Assembly: GCA_030704615.1 (NCBI GenBank)
Contig: CM060731.1
Span: 73,904,001 to 73,968,000, forward strand
DNA from: Takakia lepidozioides
Lineage: Eukaryota > Plantae > Bryophyta
Reading direction: 5' to 3'
Length of the DNA stretch: 64,000 nt
Made by a program: the position numbers and the translations under genes. Below are positions 41,050 through 59,899 of this stretch, piece after piece; within the stretch, counting starts at the first letter, position 1, and each line of letters opens with the position of its first letter. The notes under the pieces are model-generated. The model did no database searches. It saw only the letters and a program-made list of their open reading frames with translations, and had not been told where the DNA came from.

Positions 41050-41280
41050 AATTCGTATGCACACATAGGGATTCAAATAGCATTTTTTTCAAATAGTTGG
41101 AGGGCCTCCATCCCACACCCATGATGGACATATCCTGCTATCATTGCAGTCCAAGAGACCACATCTCCTTCAGTATTTTTCAGTCTTGCATATTGTCAAA
41201 CACTTGACGTGCATCCTTTACGCACCCACATTTGGTATACATGTTAACAATGGTATTCTCTAACTTAACACCTGAAGCGA
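41050..41280 (-). pseudogene. PPR fragment
   Basis: NTIVNMYTKCGCVKDARQVFDNMQD* followed by degraded repeat sequence. Confidence 0.7.
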
Positions 41281-41454
41281 TACAACAGCGTACTTTCCCA
41301 GCCTGCTAACAAGGAACAACTTCTGATAATGAGTCCATCACTTTGCAGGAGAGCAGAAATAGTTAATCTAAAACAACTGGAGGTACAATCCAGTCCACAA
41401 AATACTCCTTACAGCTTCAGTTACAATCCCTTCTTGACAAGTTCCTTCATGGTG

Positions 41455-41950
41455 ATGCTCACCTTCTCAAACCTGTTGTCCCACCAGCGTGATGGATCTG
41501 AGAATGTCAACTGCCACAGCTGTTCAATTCTCATTTCTTGACCTGTGTGCAAAAAATGCACGGATATGATTGCTTTGCCAGCTTCCTGAATCCCCCGTGC
41601 TACTGTTTGGATAACATTTGGAACATGCCTCATGCACACAATAAACATACAAACAACCCTAAATTACACATGTTGGGAAGATATTGAAGGAGCTTATATG
41701 GTGGCCCAAAGCTAGGGCTGATTGTGGTGATACTCAACTTCCTACGCAGCCTGCATCTGACCATACTATGTGCTTTGAAGATAATCTGTCATCCCACCAG
41801 AATATGGGCTCCCGCGTTGAACCTTCAATAGTCAATTTCTTGACCTCTTTCGCTGCAAGAAACCAGGGGTCATCGCAAAGCGAATGCCCCCTCCATAGAA
41901 GATGCTTCTTTGGGATGTAATTGCTAGCTAAGTACACATGAGACATTAAA
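41455..41950 (-). pseudogene. OSB/PDF-motif-like fragments (organellar ssDNA-binding protein type)
   Basis: EQLWQLTFSDPSRWWDNRFEK ends at a GT donor, and a second FWWDDRLSSK follows. Both resemble the W..FF.NP..WWDNR..K part of the PDF motif. Confidence 0.5.
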
Positions 41951-41989
41951 ACTGTTCTTCAAACTCCTGCATTCTTATTCAACTGCACA

Positions 41990-42913
41990 TCTGTGAGCGA
42001 GAATGTTGCCAGTTGCACCGGTGTAGTTGCATCCGATTCATTCAAAGTGGGGTATCTGGGAATTGAAAACTGGGCCACACTTGGTGGGAGAGGGCCTATA
42101 AAATTATCATGAAAGTGTGCCATGTCAAGTTGTGCCCAACCAAAGGGAGACCAGACTCTGTGATTTCATCGATGACTTTCCGGAGGAAGCCACCAGCCTC
42201 TGATATGCGCATCTCCAGTGCATTTCTCTCCTCCTGCTCCAACTCCTCTTGTAGCTTGGCCCTGTCCTCTTTGGAATTCATGAGGATGATACGCATCTGA
42301 CTCCGCTCCACTGTACCCTGCTTGTCTATCAGCACCCCCACTAAGTCTGGAAAGTGCTGGCGCAAAACCTGCTTAACGAGATGTGATTTGTGGAGGTTCA
42401 GGTCCAGCACAAGCGACCACCTAGCCCTGCTCCGACAGCCACCTCCTCCTTTGCAATTGCCAGGCCTGCGTTGTTGACTACAATGGGGTTGACTGCAGCA
42501 ATTTCCCTCCCCTGCTGCCGGTCGACTGCCACTTCTGTTGGGTACTAAGCAGTCTATCACGCCACTGACCTACTTGGACTCGAATCTTTTCCATAAACAT
42601 CACATGATCCCCAGATCTCGATGAAATGCCCTCATATATACATGTATTGAAATCAAAGTTATGCTTTGTACTTTTTACCAGCTGGGTCCCACTTGAACGG
42701 GCAAACCCCACTTTGCCACACTGCGAACTTCTGAGCAGAGTACTTCAGATTCTGGTACCGGGTCTCACATAAATCCATTTCCAAGTTTCGTCGCCACAGT
42801 GTGCTCTCCACCCCTGTCATTTCCAGATCAATGGCCACGAAGTCTGCAGCTTTCATGTGCCCCTTCAACTGCTTATAAGCCTCCATGAAATTCTTCTTGG
42901 TCACATTTGTCAT
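41990..42913 (-). pseudogene. PARN: Intronless, deleted poly(A)-specific ribonuclease (PARN/CAF1 family) pseudogene
   Basis: MTNVTKKNF...ADFVAIDLEMTG (DEDD ExoI)...KFAVWQSGVCPF, then NFDFNTCIYEGIS and PLVGHN. Stops and frameshifts, no introns. Confidence 0.85.
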
Positions 42914-43609
42914 TGCCAATAAATTAGCCCAGCTAGAATGCCCCCTTGCAACACCCCGGGTGCCACACAAGTGTAAATCAGACCCACCCACAGAACCCAA
43001 TCCCGTGCAACTGCGGGGAAGAAATTCCTTGGGCGCCAAGAGCATGATCCGTGTGAATGCTCCTACCCACCTTCTTAAAATTCCTTTTTTCCCAAAAACC
43101 TGCTTAGCTGCCTGACTGTGGCAAGGAGGAAGAGCCAGAAAGCGTTATAGCTTGATCAAAACCTGAGGGTGGTGCCTGCGATTTCTCATCTTCCAGTACC
43201 GCCCCCTCTTCAAAAGTGATCACATGCACTCCCTGTCCTGCGTCACCATGAATAGTACACCTTCATCAGCTTGGAGATTTCCTGAGCTGTTTCTGCCCAA
43301 ATGTAACTCTATAGTTTATGATTAAAACAGAGTCAAGGGACTCTCTTCTTTCTTAACTCTGTCAAAGTATGTTCAGTACATCTCTCTCATCATTATGAGG
43401 TTGTCCCTGACAAGAGACACAGAGAAGAAGATGAATACAGATATATTTTATGTCCAAAAGAGGAGGAGGGCCTATGAGATACAGTAGAACTAAAAGACAA
43501 ATATGAAGACAGGCAAACTGCCAAACATTTCTGGTCTTGGAAACCGAAAGTTTCTGGTGGTGATGAGCAGTCTCTGGGCAGACAAGCACCAGCACACGAT
43601 GTAGAGAAC

Positions 43610-44210
43610 GACATGACAGCAAGGGCTGTCTCCAGAATGATATCTGACCCAATTCCAGCTTTGATGATGTCAGCATGTACCTCTGTGCCCTTTTCAAGAG
43701 CTTGGAGGCTCCCACACGCACGAAGAACGCAGACGAATGTCACCTTGTTTGGTTGGGCCCTTGGTGTTTCATTTGCTCATAGAGGCCAAAAAGCTTCCCT
43801 AGGACTCCCATACTGTGCATATCCTGCGATCACTGCACTCCATTGGACCACATTGCGATCAGGCATTTTGTCAAACACTTGACGTGCATCCTTCAAGCTC
43901 CCACATTTGGCATACATGCTAACAAGGGTGTTGTAGAAAGATGTTTGGCTGAAATCCACTTTGAATAATGTGGGCATGCATCTGTCTACCCTCTGCTAGG
44001 TCTCTCTTGTTGATGCACTCCTGCAAGACTGAAACAGAATTATTATAGTGTGCCCAATCGCCTCCTTGGTTCACAATGTGCAGCGCCTCTTTCAGTCGTC
44101 CTCGCTCACGTCCTCACAGGCATTCGAAGGGTTCCTATCGACAGCTCTCTTGGTCTTCTTTCAACAGCAGTAGTGACGGTGGAGGTGCTACCCCGCTTCT
44201 CTCCATGAAA
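43610..44210 (-). pseudogene. PLS-class PPR gene 5' fragment
   Basis: NTLVSMYAKCGSLKDARQVFDKMPDRNVVQWSAVIAGYAQYG and PNKVTFVCVLRACGSLQALEKGTEVHADIIKAG, with frameshifts and stops. Confidence 0.88.
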
Positions 44211-44403
44211 CACCGCAGCTTGAGCTTCAGACAGCTCAAGAACTCATTTTTGGTTTTTTTGGCCAATCCGGGCAAGGTCCAAAAACATTGATGTTGATGA
44301 CACGACAAAACGTGGCGATGATGACGTGGCCTTATGGCACCCTATTCCTGCTCTAAAACTAGAGTCCCACCTTCACTCCTAGCTAGAGTTAAGCTTATGC
44401 TCA

Positions 44404-44852
44404 TGTGAAGCCTTAAACAAGCCTGAAGCATATACTCCTTTCCTCTCAAGAAACGAAGTTGCACAACCAAGGGGTGAGCGGAAAGAGCAAGCAGCGCGCC
44501 AGAGGAGGATCAAACACACGAATCAGACACTAAGCAGCTCTCATCCAAAAAACTTGTACACCAAAATCACATATAGAGCAACACCCCAATACACCGGCCT
44601 GACCTTGTGTTAGAGGACGGTCTTTATACAAAAACCCTAACCATATTGGCCCGCCGCGTGGCGAGGCTTTATAGGCCCAAGTCCACGATGCTGCTTTGCA
44701 GCCTAGATCTAATGAAGGGCCCGGATCAAGCCATCGGCCTAAACTAACCCTAACCTAAACATCATTGTATCGGATTAACGGCTTTATACGCCAAAAAAAT
44801 ACTATGAATGTGTATCGCCATTTTTGGATGTAAGCAAGTATGGGGCTTTACA
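44404..44852. mobile_element. Probable solo LTR (449 bp)
   Basis: TGTGAAGCC...GGCTTTACA inverted termini with imperfect flanks CTCA/CTCC. Confidence 0.5.
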
Positions 44853-45041
44853 CTCCTCTAACATTTTCTTCTGAAGTGCTTGGGGTTATCAACTTGAGCT
44901 AGGGACTTGGCTACCATTAGCCCATATAACCAGATACATGCCTCACGGTGCACAATAAAGTCCTAACCACATGACCACGAGTTGGACTAACGAGTGCACA
45001 TTAGTAGGGGGTTCTTAAAACACAGTCATATACAAATTTTA

Positions 45042-45258
45042 TTTTATTTTTCAAAAGGAAACCTGGTAGCGACTGCTCACAATTCAGGCCCTTGAGGAGG
45101 AGGAAAAATTAACCCCCTTTCAGAGAAGCCATTAGGCACACAGGTGGGAAACGTGACCACCAGACCAACCGGTCACGATCGATCCACGCACCAGGCAGGG
45201 CAGCGGGTTTGAACCCCGAACCACCAGGGCGACTCACTGTGCACTTACATGAAGGGAT
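45042..45258 (-). mobile_element. tRNA-type SINE (family 1), 5'-truncated
   Basis: Homologous to 50001-50250, with B-box GGTTCAAACCC, A-rich tail and TSD AAATTTTA. Confidence 0.82.
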
Positions 45259-45299
45259 AAATTTTAAACAGTCAAATTATACATATTTTACATAGAATT

Positions 45300-45912
45300 A
45301 TAGAATCGTGGGTTCATCTGGAGTGTCTTCCTTGTCACTGAACTGCTGCAATTGTGCATGCAGGCCCCGTGACTATGTTTTGAATAGTATAGGATCGAGG
45401 GCCTATATTTTGTTGTCTTCCTGGTACGGTGTAGGCAGGACCTGGTGTTGATAATACAGTAGTGTTCACCAGGTCTTGGAGGGTCAGCTTCCACGCCTCT
45501 TGTAGCTGCCAGCGTCCAGCTATGATATACGCAGGGGCGTTTGGATCAATGAGAAGCTGATGGTAAGGCCCTGGCCCTGGGGTGCCTTCATCAATGTGTT
45601 CCCAATTTCGCCCTTTTATGGTGTTATAAGCCCTCCTACGGTGGTTCACAGCAGACTTGTAACATCAGAAAGACTTGGTCAGAGTATATTTTGGCACCTT
45701 TGATTGCTAGTTATTGTTGGGCCACTTTTGGCATTACGGACAACGATATCATCTATTTCATGAAATCGATCAAGGGTTTGCTTCTTTGTGTCTCCAATCC
45801 CGGCATTCCCTGTTACTGACTTGCAAATCTTGACAGATCTAGAGACAAACGTACCTTGGAAATTCATAATTGCCTTTGCATTGACACTAGTATAGTCATT
45901 TAGGTCACTCAC
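45300..45912 (-). pseudogene. SHIPPO/ODF3-like (sperm-tail PG-rich repeat) coding fragment
   Basis: ORF 45649-45335 contains EGTPGPGPY...APAYIIAGR, STPGPAYTVPGR and TGPACTIAA. Upstream frames are interrupted by stops. Confidence 0.55.
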
Positions 45913-46464
45913 ACTTTGAGCTGCTGTTTCTATACGTACTGCTCAAGCACACAAAGGTTGGCTTCTTTCATCCCTTCAGACCCCGTTTCAATTGACAGGG
46001 TCATATCCTTGGACACAAACAGTCTGCATGATGGTATTGACTGGGCTGCACAGACTAGATTACTGACTTACAATGAAAACACCAGATTCCTTAACACATC
46101 GATTCAACCCGTCTCGATGTTGAAGATTTGGCCTGCTTTCAATACAAACCAGTCCCCCATCAACAACAGGAAAACTGACTTTATCGATCCCTTTTCATAT
46201 GTAAAAGAGAAACAGTGGGACCTTCATTACCACAACTTCTAACAGCAACTTGTAGGAGTCCACAGTAACTGAAGGTTGATGCAACTGGTGAATGCCGGTA
46301 TCTTGCAACTGTGACAGTAATTAAAAGTAGCAAAAGCATACAATATAATAGCTTCGCCAGTTGAATTTCCTAAGATTAAAAAGATATACTAGTGTTTTTA
46401 ACCATTCGAAATATTTGCATACATACATGACAAAAGGGCACTGTTTTTTAACATAATATAACTT

Positions 46465-46655
46465 TATATTTTTATTTAAAAAGGAAACCGATGAGCGACA
46501 GCTCACAATCAGGCCCTTTACACATATAAGCCATGAAGCCAAGAGATACAATCCCGGCCATGAGACCATACCACACAAGACACGGTATCAAGATTTGAGC
46601 GCAAACCACTTGGGTCGCACAATATCCTTTATCCATCTGAGCTACCGGCTGTTGC
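46465..46655 (-). mobile_element. tRNA-type SINE (family 2)
   Basis: A-box TAGCTCAGATGG. The 3' end GGGCCTGATTGTGAGC..GTTTCCTTTT plus A-tail is shared with family 1. Confidence 0.72.
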
Positions 46656-46856
46656 TTAACGTCTACTATAATTTCAAAAATATATGTATATATATGCGGT
46701 TAAACCATGAAACAATCTAGCTATAGGACTATTCTTAACCGAGCGATGAACTCCACGGATGGGCACATTTGATGAAGAGTGCACCCAGTCACACTTGCCA
46801 CCTCGAACAACCAGCAAATTGCATGGCATCTCACCCGACATGCCCTTCTCTACAAA

Positions 46857-53322
<6,466 letters not shown>

Positions 53323-53431
53323 CTTATGCTGTATTCTCTCTCTCTCTCTCGCGGCCCTCGCCCGCATCAAGTTCTCCAGTTCCAGCTGAAGAACTCCCTT
53401 CAACTGTTGTATGAGCAGTCGTCCCTTCCTC

Positions 53432-53442
53432 TATTTATATAT
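53432..53442 (-). promoter_or_regulatory. Putative TATA box of the GH1 gene
   Basis: ATATATAAATA on the minus strand, about 110 bp upstream of the ATG at 53322. Confidence 0.55.
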
Positions 53443-53800
53443 GTCTTGAGCACAACTGGCCGATCATGGCGCAGTGTATTATTGGTTCTGTGGCCGATCA
53501 TTGCGCTCTGTACTTAGTTACGTTAAAACGATCCATGCTGATGAGGCGCAGTTACGAAAACGTAAAAATCCATCTCGGTACTGGAGATCTGTAATGATCT
53601 AGTCTGATCGATATTATCCATTCTGACGACGCGCATTCACGAGCCCTAAGAATCACTAATGCACGAACCTTACATACTCTGGAACCGTCAGTCATCTGTT
53701 GGATCGATAAACCGGTTTTAGGACGAGTCGAGCCGTTAGATTTTATTCTATCTATGTCGTCCATTGCCTAAATGCTATGTGCATCGTCGGATTGATTGAA

Positions 53801-54790
53801 CCCACATTGGACATGAGCGTCTACCTGTCGATTATTCTTCTGACAGTTTGATTATGCAATTTAGTCCGGACGTCAATCACTTTGGATTTTAGGCGAGAAC
53901 GAGACAGTAGTTAGCTGCAACCTTGCAAATGTGTCGTTGCCTTTCTGTACTGAACGCAGTACGTTAAATTTCTCGACAGGAGGATGCTATGCTCGTGAAG
54001 AATATGGGACTGGATGCGTAGCGCTTCTCAAAATCTTGGTCAAGCATTGTATGCAGATCTAATGACTATTTCTCATGTGCTCATAGAGTCAGACTTTGGA
54101 GGCACTGGGACCTATATGTATATTGTGTCCAGGCTCTATGAAAGTTCTGAATTCCCTAGTGGCAGCAGATCATTTTGGTCGAGCAAAAATTGCATGGAGG
54201 GAGTGCCGCTCAAAGCTTCATCGTAGCATAAAAAGAGGATATAACGTTTTCCTGATTATGTTACTGTGGTATGGAGAGATACAGAAAAGGAACCCCAATA
54301 TGGGTTATGACGAGCTGGGGGAGGGGGGTGTTCACTCTTTGTAAATGTCCTATACCACCTGCGGAACAGTGGGTATTTAAAAAATGCCATATAATGTAAC
54401 TTTTGTGGATTTAACTATGTTTGTTTTTTAAATGTATGTATTATCAAATTAAAACCCCTGTTACACCATTAGGCTCACACACTGTAATTTGTTAAGAGTA
54501 GGTTGTTAAAATACCTCTTTATGTAGATTACCCTATTAATTTCATCGGACCCTCTATAGTTTATAACGTGATACGAAGAAACAAATAATGTTAGTTTTAA
54601 GTCTTATAATGGAGTAAATTTTAAACCAGACATGTGACTATCATAAATGTAAGTTATACTTCACTTTTTTTTTTTAAAACTAACCCTTTGCAGTATTCAC
54701 ATTTATGTAACTAATTGGTTTTAAAAGTCCCATTTCAGTACAAACATTTGTTTGCAAGTGACGAGTTACATGTCTCAAAGTGACCTCCCC
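53801..54790 (+). pseudogene. GH1 beta-glucosidase fragment B (intron 3, exon 4, intron 4, part of intron 6)
   Basis: Reverse-complement homologue of about 51886-51300 and about 50345-49812. The exon 4 copy from 53980 reads [13 protein letters not shown] (TAG at 54019-54021). Exons 5-6 are missing. Confidence 0.88.
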
Positions 54791-56782
54791 AAGATGACGA
54801 GCGTCCTGAAAGCGAATAAAAACATGACACGTCGGCAAGACTCATCCGGTTATGTTTGGCATTTTGGATCAGTTAGATGAAGTTTCTTATTTGATCGATC
54901 ACTTCTGTGCTACGTGTTGCAAACTATACCATACATTTGAATTCTGTCCGAGACAACATAGATCTAGTATTACTAACACCGTAAAAATGCAGCATCAGTT
55001 TTCAAGTATGGGCTGGCTTCAATAATTAATTTATCATCACTTTGAAAAAAGATTATGTCTTATGTGCCCCTTGGGGCTTGTAAGGGTTTTCATATTTTTA
55101 CCCTTTAAATAATGCAAGTAAAGCTCACAATGGCAAGTTCCCCCCCTTTTGCTTTTAAAAACAATAAAATAAAAATAGAAAGCATTTGTCAAGCACTTGT
55201 TGGCTCTACCCCGTCTCAAATCCTAATTACTCTAAGAAATGTACATATCTATTCCATATCCAGAAAATATCACCTAGTAATTTCCTTTGTTAACCCCAAA
55301 ATGCCTAACTGGATATCCCTGAGTGGCCTTATGGTTTCACTTCAACACAAACTTCTTGACTGATTCTAGCAACACGGAATTCAACGGATTCTAGCCAACG
55401 CTGTGGTGCTGCCGCTTGGTTAACCTGGGCAAATCCCCTCACAATGAGCCTCTCTCACACACACACGTGTCAAGAAATCTAGTGTGAAAAAGAGAGAATT
55501 ACATTCATGGACAACTTTGCTTTAAAATTAGGGCAGTCAGTTGCCCAATTTTGGCAGTCAATCTAGATTTCATAAAAATTGAGGCAAATCTGAACAAATA
55601 ATTTACATTTAAATGAGCGTTTAAGGGTTGATAAACAATGGGTCACTGCAAACCCATATGAAGGATTACATGGATGGAACGATCAAAAAAATTGTGAGGA
55701 CCTTCCCCACTTCATTGAAAGCATTGGCACTATCTGGGTTTTAAACAACAAACCCAATTTTCCCTTAAAATAGAAAAAGGTGGCAAAGTGATGAATAGCA
55801 ATGTTGACCCCATCAGGATCACTACACAAAGGAGGTATACCCAAATCTTGTCCAAACAATCTGAAAAATTAGGAGAAGCTGCCCACCATCATGAGATATA
55901 TTCTTCTGGAAATTGGGTTCAATTGGATGAGCCATTAAATAATTTCGATAAGATTTATGATTTTTTTTTCCTATTTTGCAAAGGATTTATTCTCAAAAGG
56001 TTATAAAATTCCTTACTGAAAAAATCATGCAATTAGAGGTGCCAGGAGGTAAGTGATACACTTAGGAACATGACTTAAGGCAAGTTGTGTAGATCTTAGC
56101 ATAGTCTTAGTAACCAAAAAAAAAGTGGCTAAGATGCAAGCTGTAAGATGCAATTAGCTGATTTGCCGCTTCTACCGTTTTTGAGCACCGCCCATGTTCA
56201 CTTAACTTAATCTTAAACGGCAGAAGGGCCTCATCGGCTGCCTTCCCCTATACGTTATGGTCAGGAGATGGTTTTCTTGCCATTTTCTACCATCCGTTAG
56301 TTGGCAGAACGACTGAGTAGCACCGCCTGCTCTACTGTCCGGGCAGTTTCTCTTAACTGACGATAACGTGATGGAACTGGCCCCTGAGCTGCACTACCTG
56401 AAATTTCGTCTCGGCCAGGTTAAGGTTATTTCGACGGAATTGTACTTGTGGTAGAAAGTAGGTACAGCGTAACATGCACCTGACGTGTGGCAGAAACTTA
56501 CCGCCTGACAGAATCTTACAGGAACATGACATGTGGCAGAAAGTATTGCCATACAGCAACGTACACTTGCGTGGGGCATGCGCCCGGCCCGGCGCACCTA
56601 CGTGGCCCGCCGCCACCCGCCCGCGGCCGCGGCCCCCTAGTCTGACGACTCACCTCCGCGCGGTCACCGCGACCACGTCGCATGTAGTACAGATCCTTGG
56701 TGAGAAATATATTTGTCACTATAAGGAACATTAAATTAGGAGGGTTTGCAAGAAGGTAGTCAGTGTGGGTGGTAGTGTCGAT

Positions 56783-57200
56783 TTTTATTTTTTTCCAAAG
56801 AGAAACACCTGGGAGCGACGGGTCACAAATCAGGCCCCTTAATTATAATGAGAGGAGAAAATAACCACTGTTGGGCGGGTATTTAATTTTTTTCATAACC
56901 GGCGGTTCCGGTTACTTCTACGGTTACTTACAAAAACCTCAAATAACTGGCCATTTTCATCAAATAACCGTGGGTATTGGGCGGCTCTATAATAGGTTCT
57001 TTGCTTGGTTATTTGATGCTTGACCTCCGTTGGTTCCTAACTGGACCGGTTACTTCATTTTTCCACCTCTGCCGGTCATATATATATATATATATATAAC
57101 CGGATAGGTAACCGCCGGGTAGTAGAGAGAAATTTAAATAACCATCCAACATTGAAAATAACCTCTTTCACAAAAATAACGGAGGAGTCCGGTCAAGCCA
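56783..57200 (-). mobile_element. SINE 3' part, interrupted by a hAT MITE
   Basis: Shared SINE tail GAAACACCTGGGAGCGAC..TCACAAATCAGGCCCC, similar to 58880-59070. Confidence 0.6.
56866..57154. mobile_element. hAT-type MITE, 289 bp
   Basis: TIRs CACTGTTGGGCGGGTATTT / CAATGTTGGATGGTTATTT (reverse complement), perfect 8-bp TSD AAAATAAC, and TAACCG subterminal motifs. Confidence 0.9.
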
Positions 57201-58030
57201 GTCTTTTTCTTTTTCGACCTGGAAACTCGGTCAGCTACTTGTACAAAGGAATTATAGGGGATCAAATCAGAGATTTTCGCCAAAAAGCACCAGGAGATAA
57301 ATTTCAGGAGCCTAATCTTGCCAACGTGGACCAATGAAAACATGACACCTGGAATATAGCCACTTTTCTAATTTTGTCACCTTGATATACTCGCCACATA
57401 GGCACTGGGTGGAATTCATATTTGGCCCCGCCAGCGATTTTGGAGATATGAAAAAAGAAAACACTGGGTCGAGCCCGATAGGGAGAGCCTGCATTCCGCC
57501 AGGTGGAACGGGTCCTCCAGGGCACGTTCCGGAGCGTAACCAGCTTTCCCCATTGTCGATTCTCAGGAGACGTATGGCTGAGATTATCCCTATGAATTCC
57601 TAGATTTGAGAGCATGTACCCGTTGATTAGATTGATCGTATGGTCGAGAGGAGTTCTCTTAGTCTGTATGGTTTATGCTCCTATTTTTGGAATGCTTGGA
57701 GTGGGGTCAACAGAGCCCCTTGTTTGTGCGCTGCCGCCGTTAACGTACAGGAACGGGCCTCTAAAACACCCGGAAACAAACACCAAAACCGGTTACGTTC
57801 CTCATAAGTTACTTGGAAGATGTACTTTGGAGCCCACCTGAGGATCTGTAAAGGCATGCGGTGACCGCGCGGAGGTGAGGCGCCAGACTGGGGGGGGGGG
57901 GGGCGCGGCAGCGGGTGGGCGGGGGTTGCATGCCCGTGCCGGGCCCGGGAGGCACTTATAGACATGCAGTGAGCATCGTAAAAGGCACTTTTAAGGGCCT
58001 GTCCTCATCCCCGCAGAAGATAGGACATGA

Positions 58031-58065
58031 GGCTGAAAGGCTGAAAGGCTGAAAGGCTGAAAGGC
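58031..58065. repeat. (GGCTGAAA)4 minisatellite
   Basis: Read directly from the sequence. Confidence 0.9.
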
Positions 58066-58324
58066 GGTGGATGCAGAAGGGTCGGGTGAGCAAGACGAGC
58101 ACTGATTATCGAACATTCAATGCAAATGCCTTTATGGAGGCAGCCCACGCCTTGTCCGTGGCCTGCTCCAAAGTGGCTCGCCTGCTGGCCTCACCAGTCA
58201 AAAGCCCAGCAAGGATATCTTATCTGATCTTAAGCTTACCCCGACCACAGCCCTGTTTATCCCCTACTATTTCCAGGAAAAAAAGGAAGCCGGCCCTTCA
58301 ACATGTAAGTTAATTTAAGGGACA

Positions 58325-58570
58325 GTTTATTTTTAAAAGGGAAACACCCCGGACTCAGCAACTGCTCACAAAAGGCCCCTTAACTATCTTTTTTCTTTTT
58401 TTATTAAACAAAGGGGATGGAGGCCCTTTAATTCATATTAAATAAAAGGTGTCTTGGAAAAAATAACCAAGACAAGAGGCCATGAGGCATGCATCTCAAG
58501 CGATCAGGTAGCACCCTTGAACCAACCACCTAGGGCTAAGCTCTAATCACAGAAATGGCTTACCGGGAAT
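58325..58570 (-). mobile_element. Degenerate SINE (family 2-like)
   Basis: Shared tail GGAAAC..CAACTGCTCACAAAAGGCCCC, and GGCCATGAG..CAT body similarity to 46465-46655. Confidence 0.5.
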
Positions 58571-58879
58571 CAGCGAGCTATAAGCCACAAAAATAGGCGC
58601 AGAAACCCCTTATTTCGTGTGCAGGAACCCTAGTTGCGTTCCATGGAAACATGGGTACCCTATTGCCATATTTTGTGCTCCCGACTCCATTTTCTTGTGC
58701 TCATGTTTTACCAACCCCCTCCTATTTTTTTCCTACATAAAATATATTTCCAATCAAAATGAAGGAAACATTGAATGTTTTGTAAAGTTTGAATATTAGT
58801 TTCAAAAGTCATCACTAGTACTACGGAGGAGTGACACGTAGCGTGTGCAAGATATTCATGTAGTTAGAATATAACTATA

Positions 58880-59070
58880 GTTGATAGTGTAGTTGGATAG
58901 TGCATTGAGTCGCCCATGTGATTTTGGGTTCAAATCCCGCTACCTTGTTAGGTGTGTTATGATCTTCTCCTCCTTCCCTTGGGTGGTGTCCTTTGAGCCT
59001 TGTCCTCCTCATGGGAGTTTATTATGAAAGAGGCTGTTTTCTCCTCTCACTATAATTAAGTTAAGGGCCA
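58880..59070 (+). mobile_element. Degenerate tRNA-type SINE
   Basis: A-box-like TAGTGTAGTTGG and B-box GGTTCAAATCC. The 3' part matches the reverse complement of 56833-56862. Confidence 0.6.
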
Positions 59071-59899
59071 CATATTTCTTTCATGTCCCCTGTAACTCAA
59101 AGAGGGAGCTGATGCGATGTAGCTCCGTAATGGGCGAAGAGTGTTGGTTAGGGACTTAGAGCTTAAGTTCTATGTCATCGGAGAGGTTACATTGTGCTCC
59201 TAGGACTGTGTTTTCCAAGTGTCTTCCTCTCTGTATCGTGTTTCGTGTGTCTGGATGCCTTATGCTTCTTCTGTGCCCGCTCAGTGGCTCTCCTCAAGGC
59301 TACGCGGGTGTATTTCCAGCTCTTCATAGCTTGTCTATCTCTCAGCTGGAATCACTGCATTGTGCTTTATTCTAGCTAGGCTCTAGAGTCCCCCAACCCC
59401 CCCCCCCCCCCCAGTGTCTTCTCCTTAGTTTCTTCATGTCCGGGTTAGCAGTGCGATTTCCTTCCCTGCATTTCCTTCCGTGCTTCTTAGCGCATCCCGC
59501 CTGTTGGTCAACTTTCTCATCTTGTTCTCATCCCTGTACAGCTCGTCCCTCGAGCAATGGACTTCTTCAATGCAATTTATTTCCTTCAAGCGGTGTGATG
59601 CCTTGCTACCTTGATTCAAAGTGTTGTTTGCAAAATCAGCGCATCTTTCATTTTTCCGCTCCCCACTAGTTTTAACTTCCGTGGGTTTCTGTTCCAGTAT
59701 TGCCAGTTCTCCTTGCTAACTCCTTCTTGTTGTACGATTGGAAGGAGGTCTCTTCGGTGGTCCTGTGCAGGGACCTTCTTATTAGAGCACCTAATGTCTT
59801 GCCCTCAGTTGTGTTTGCTTCATTCTAGATTTCGCTCGCGTTTTTTTCGTCTTGGTTTTGTGTGTGGCTGTCTGTGGCTTAGAGTTTCGAAACATTGAG

